A DNA stretch of 63,610 nt, counting the filler, from Octopus bimaculoides (lineage: Eukaryota), in assembly GCF_001194135.2 (NCBI RefSeq). It is 4 parts of 4 records of this genome, joined end to end, with 100 filler letters (N's around TTAATTAATTAA, not from the genome) between each part and the next. Parts side by side here need not be neighbours in the genome. Positions count along the whole stretch, not along the records: positions 58,724 to 63,610 come from NC_068993.1; 3 more parts are not named here. One strand, given 5' to 3'. The position numbers and the translations under genes were made by a program. Below, piece by piece: positions 60,691 to 63,610 of the stretch; the first letter of the stretch is position 1, and every line of letters starts with the position of its first letter. The notes under the pieces are model-generated. The model saw nothing but the letters and a program-made list of their open reading frames with translations, did not search any database and was not told the DNA's origin.

Positions 60691-61899
60691 NNNNNNNNNN
60701 ATATATATATATATTCTCTTATATATCAATATATTCACGTATATATGAAGGACTCCTAATGGCCGATGGCAAACTGTCAGTTTAAATGGTACTTTTCCAG
60801 GTTATCAGGCTCTGAAATTTCTTCCTCATATACCGTTGTCACAAATACTTAATATCCACATACATTTATATCTATCGAACATGTTGGCTTGCCATTTTCT
60901 TATTTTTTGTGGCATTCTTTCAAAACCTTGTCAAACCACATGTCACTGCCGATATATTTTATAGTGCACATGATGTGTTTTTCCTCCGGGTACTGAGAAC
61001 GCAACATTCAGAATATTTTTCAGGCATCATATGTCGAAATGTTGATTTTATTATTCAAAAATATTTCCACATTAGGTTATGTATCTGTCTTCGTTCCCCT
61101 ATTAACTGCTTTTATTTTAATATTTTAACATTAACACGTATCTAACAGAATTATTATTTGATTGCATTTTTCTAAATATTAATATATACAAAGTGTACAT
61201 TAGCAAATCATCTTCACAGCTGAATATGCACCAATACGATAAAAGTATTGATAGATGATGTCAAGTTTCAGTAAGCTTATGAAAGCGTTATCTCGCAAAC
61301 ATTGACAAACGAAGCTAAATACCATACAGCGTCTAACCTGTTATTCAACCTATTATCATGTTAACAGTTTAAGTGCACGTTTATGTACGTATGCACGCAT
61401 GCAAACATACATCTTTGTATATATGCATGTATGTGTGTAATGTGTATGTGTGTGTATCTCTCTCTCTCTCTCTACTATATATATATATATATAGGCATGA
61501 AACGCTTAAATCCAGTGAAATTCCACGTGAGTTTAATGCGAATATATGAAAAACATGCTTGTTCGACTGTGTCTACAGCCGAAATAAAATGGCTGTAATG
61601 TAGATAAGAAACGATTGATCGGAAGGTTACATGTAAGTCTACAGCGATCAATTAAGAAAAGCACACAGGCATGTATAGGACGTTAAGCATTTGTATGTCG
61701 AGAAGCAAAAACATAAGAGAAGTAGTATAACTAAAATTAATTGTTAAAAAACGTAAGAAAAATAATTTCCTGTTTCATGAGGCGTTTCTACATTTTTGTA
61801 ATTTCCTGTTTAGTTCCATCAATTTAAATTGTGCCATTTACTAGCATCAGAGATATTTATACTACGAATTGGACGCGCAGAAAACACATCACGGACAAA

Positions 61900-62600
61900 C
61901 CCACTCACACATATACATACACACACACTCACTCACACACACACTCTCACACACACACACACACACACAACATAGGTAATTATACCCGCATTCACGCACA
62001 TGTGGCACATACATCTAAATGTACAAACACACGTGCAAAGAATCAAATTCAGGTGCATATTTGTGTATAGGTATGTATATATATATATATATATNNNNNN
62101 NNNNNNNNNNNNNNNNNNNNNNNNNNNNNNNNNNNNNNNNNNNNNNNNNNNNNNNNNNNNNNNNNNNNNNNNNNNNNNNNNNNNNNNNNNNNNNNNNNNN
62201 NNNNNNNNNNNNNNNNNNNNNNNNNNNNNNNNNNNNNNNNNNNNNNNNNNNNNNNNNNNNNNNNNNNNNNNNNNNNNNNNNNNNNNNNNNNNNNNNNNNN
62301 NNNNNNNNNNNNNNNNNNNNNNNNNNNNNNNNNNNNNNNNNNNNNNNNNNNNNNNNNNNNNNNNNNNNNNNNNNNNNNNNNNNNNNNNNNNNNNNNNNNN
62401 NNNNNNNNNNNNNNNNNNNNNNNNNNNNNNNNNNNNNNNNNNNNNNNNNNNNNNNNNNNNNNNNNNNNNNNNNNNNNNNNNNNNNNNNNNNNNNNNNNNN
62501 NNNNNNNNNNNNNNNNNNNNNNNNNNNNNNNNNNNNNNNNNNNNNNNNNNNNNNNNNNNNNNNNNNNNNNNNNNNNNNNNNNNNNNNNNNNNNNNNNNNN

Positions 62601-62631
<31 letters not shown>

Positions 62632-62701
62632 ATATATACATATGTATATACACATACATACATATATACATATGTAGATATATAAACATACATATATATA
62701 C

Positions 62702-62739
<38 letters not shown>

Positions 62740-63065
62740 ATGCATATATTTTTATATATATGCATACACATATGTTACGTATATGCATATAGAGAGACGT
62801 AGTGTATGCGCGCGGGCGCATGCAAAGATTCAAGTTACCTCGTATTTAGACTGGCATCCTTATGCACCCATTCACTAGAATATGCACCATATACCTATCG
62901 AATTAGACAAACATAATATATAAATATATAAATGTATATACATATATATACGTATACATCTATACATATATTCCTTTATATGCATATACACATACTTGCG
63001 GACATATACATATGCATATATATATATAATATATACATCTACATATATATATATACACACACAGA
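61900..63065. repeat. (CA)n/(TA)n/(TACA)n low-complexity tract around an N-gap
   Basis: Read directly. Confidence 0.9.
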
Positions 63066-63610
63066 GTAAAGTCTATAACACCACTTGCTAGGAATAGATG
63101 CTAAAATGTACGTATATTTATTTATATATTTGTAAATGTACGTATGTTTATTTACATATTTGTAGATATAGAGATTTGAATAAATATGATCGCTTAGTTT
63201 TTTCTGTTATATATGTTTGTATTTTTTGCATGCTCGTCACTACGCCGCAAGAGTGTTACAATATACTGACATTCTATAGTCACATTGATTTGAATAAAGA
63301 ATTGAAGAACATTTCGTGTGCACTGCAACGCGTGTTGAAAAATATATTACATACAGTCATCTTCATATTTTTATGAGTGTAAACATTTGGACTTAGCGAA
63401 TTACACTCTACCGTTCTTTGATTGAAAATGGTCGTGATTGCTATCGTTGAATTAAACTTTCCTCATTCTATTACTAACTTGGTGTATGTACGAATAGATT
63501 ATTTATTTTCCTTTAATTTGAAAATAATGTAATAAATATCTCCCAATAATTAAAATAATGTTTTTCATCAACTCTGACCAGTATGGTTTTTTTTATATTT
63601 CACCAATTCA

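Noticed and set aside
60745-60790. Hammerhead ribozyme next to the Penelope element
   Set aside because: tgaaggactcctaatggccgat resembles a PLE pLTR motif, but the CUGANGA and GAAA core boxes are not intact.

Overview
AT-rich, microsatellite- and transposon-dense animal genomic DNA. The SINE/RTE repertoire and repeat density suggest an octopus or other coleoid; that is an inference, not verified. There are no prokaryotic features and no CRISPR. The window splits at a 100-bp scaffold join (44N-TTAATTAATTAA-44N, 23782-23881). The left part (1-23.8 kb) is strongly CpG-depleted. It holds one convincing host exon (minus strand, 5163-5263, resembling exocyst subunit EXOC4/Sec8) among nested mobile elements: RTE LINEs, a near-complete hAT/Charlie transposon, hAT and piggyBac MITEs, a TIR element carrying telomere-like repeats, a full-length decayed Gypsy LTR element, and an RTE with a 5' inversion. 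The right part (24-63.6 kb) is CpG-rich. It contains older debris (Tc1, hAT, Penelope), a co-oriented stack of four R4/Dong-like LINEs at (TAA)n/(CAA)n tracts, an intronless SLC16-like pseudogene, one or two intronless GPCR pseudogenes, a ~250-bp hairpin, many SINEs and many gap-flanking microsatellites. I found no clearly new biological system. The best leads are the CpG/methylation boundary, the microsatellite-associated R4/Dong stack, the twin-priming-like RTE inversion and the decayed receptor/transporter genes. All protein similarities are from recalled family motifs, not database searches.
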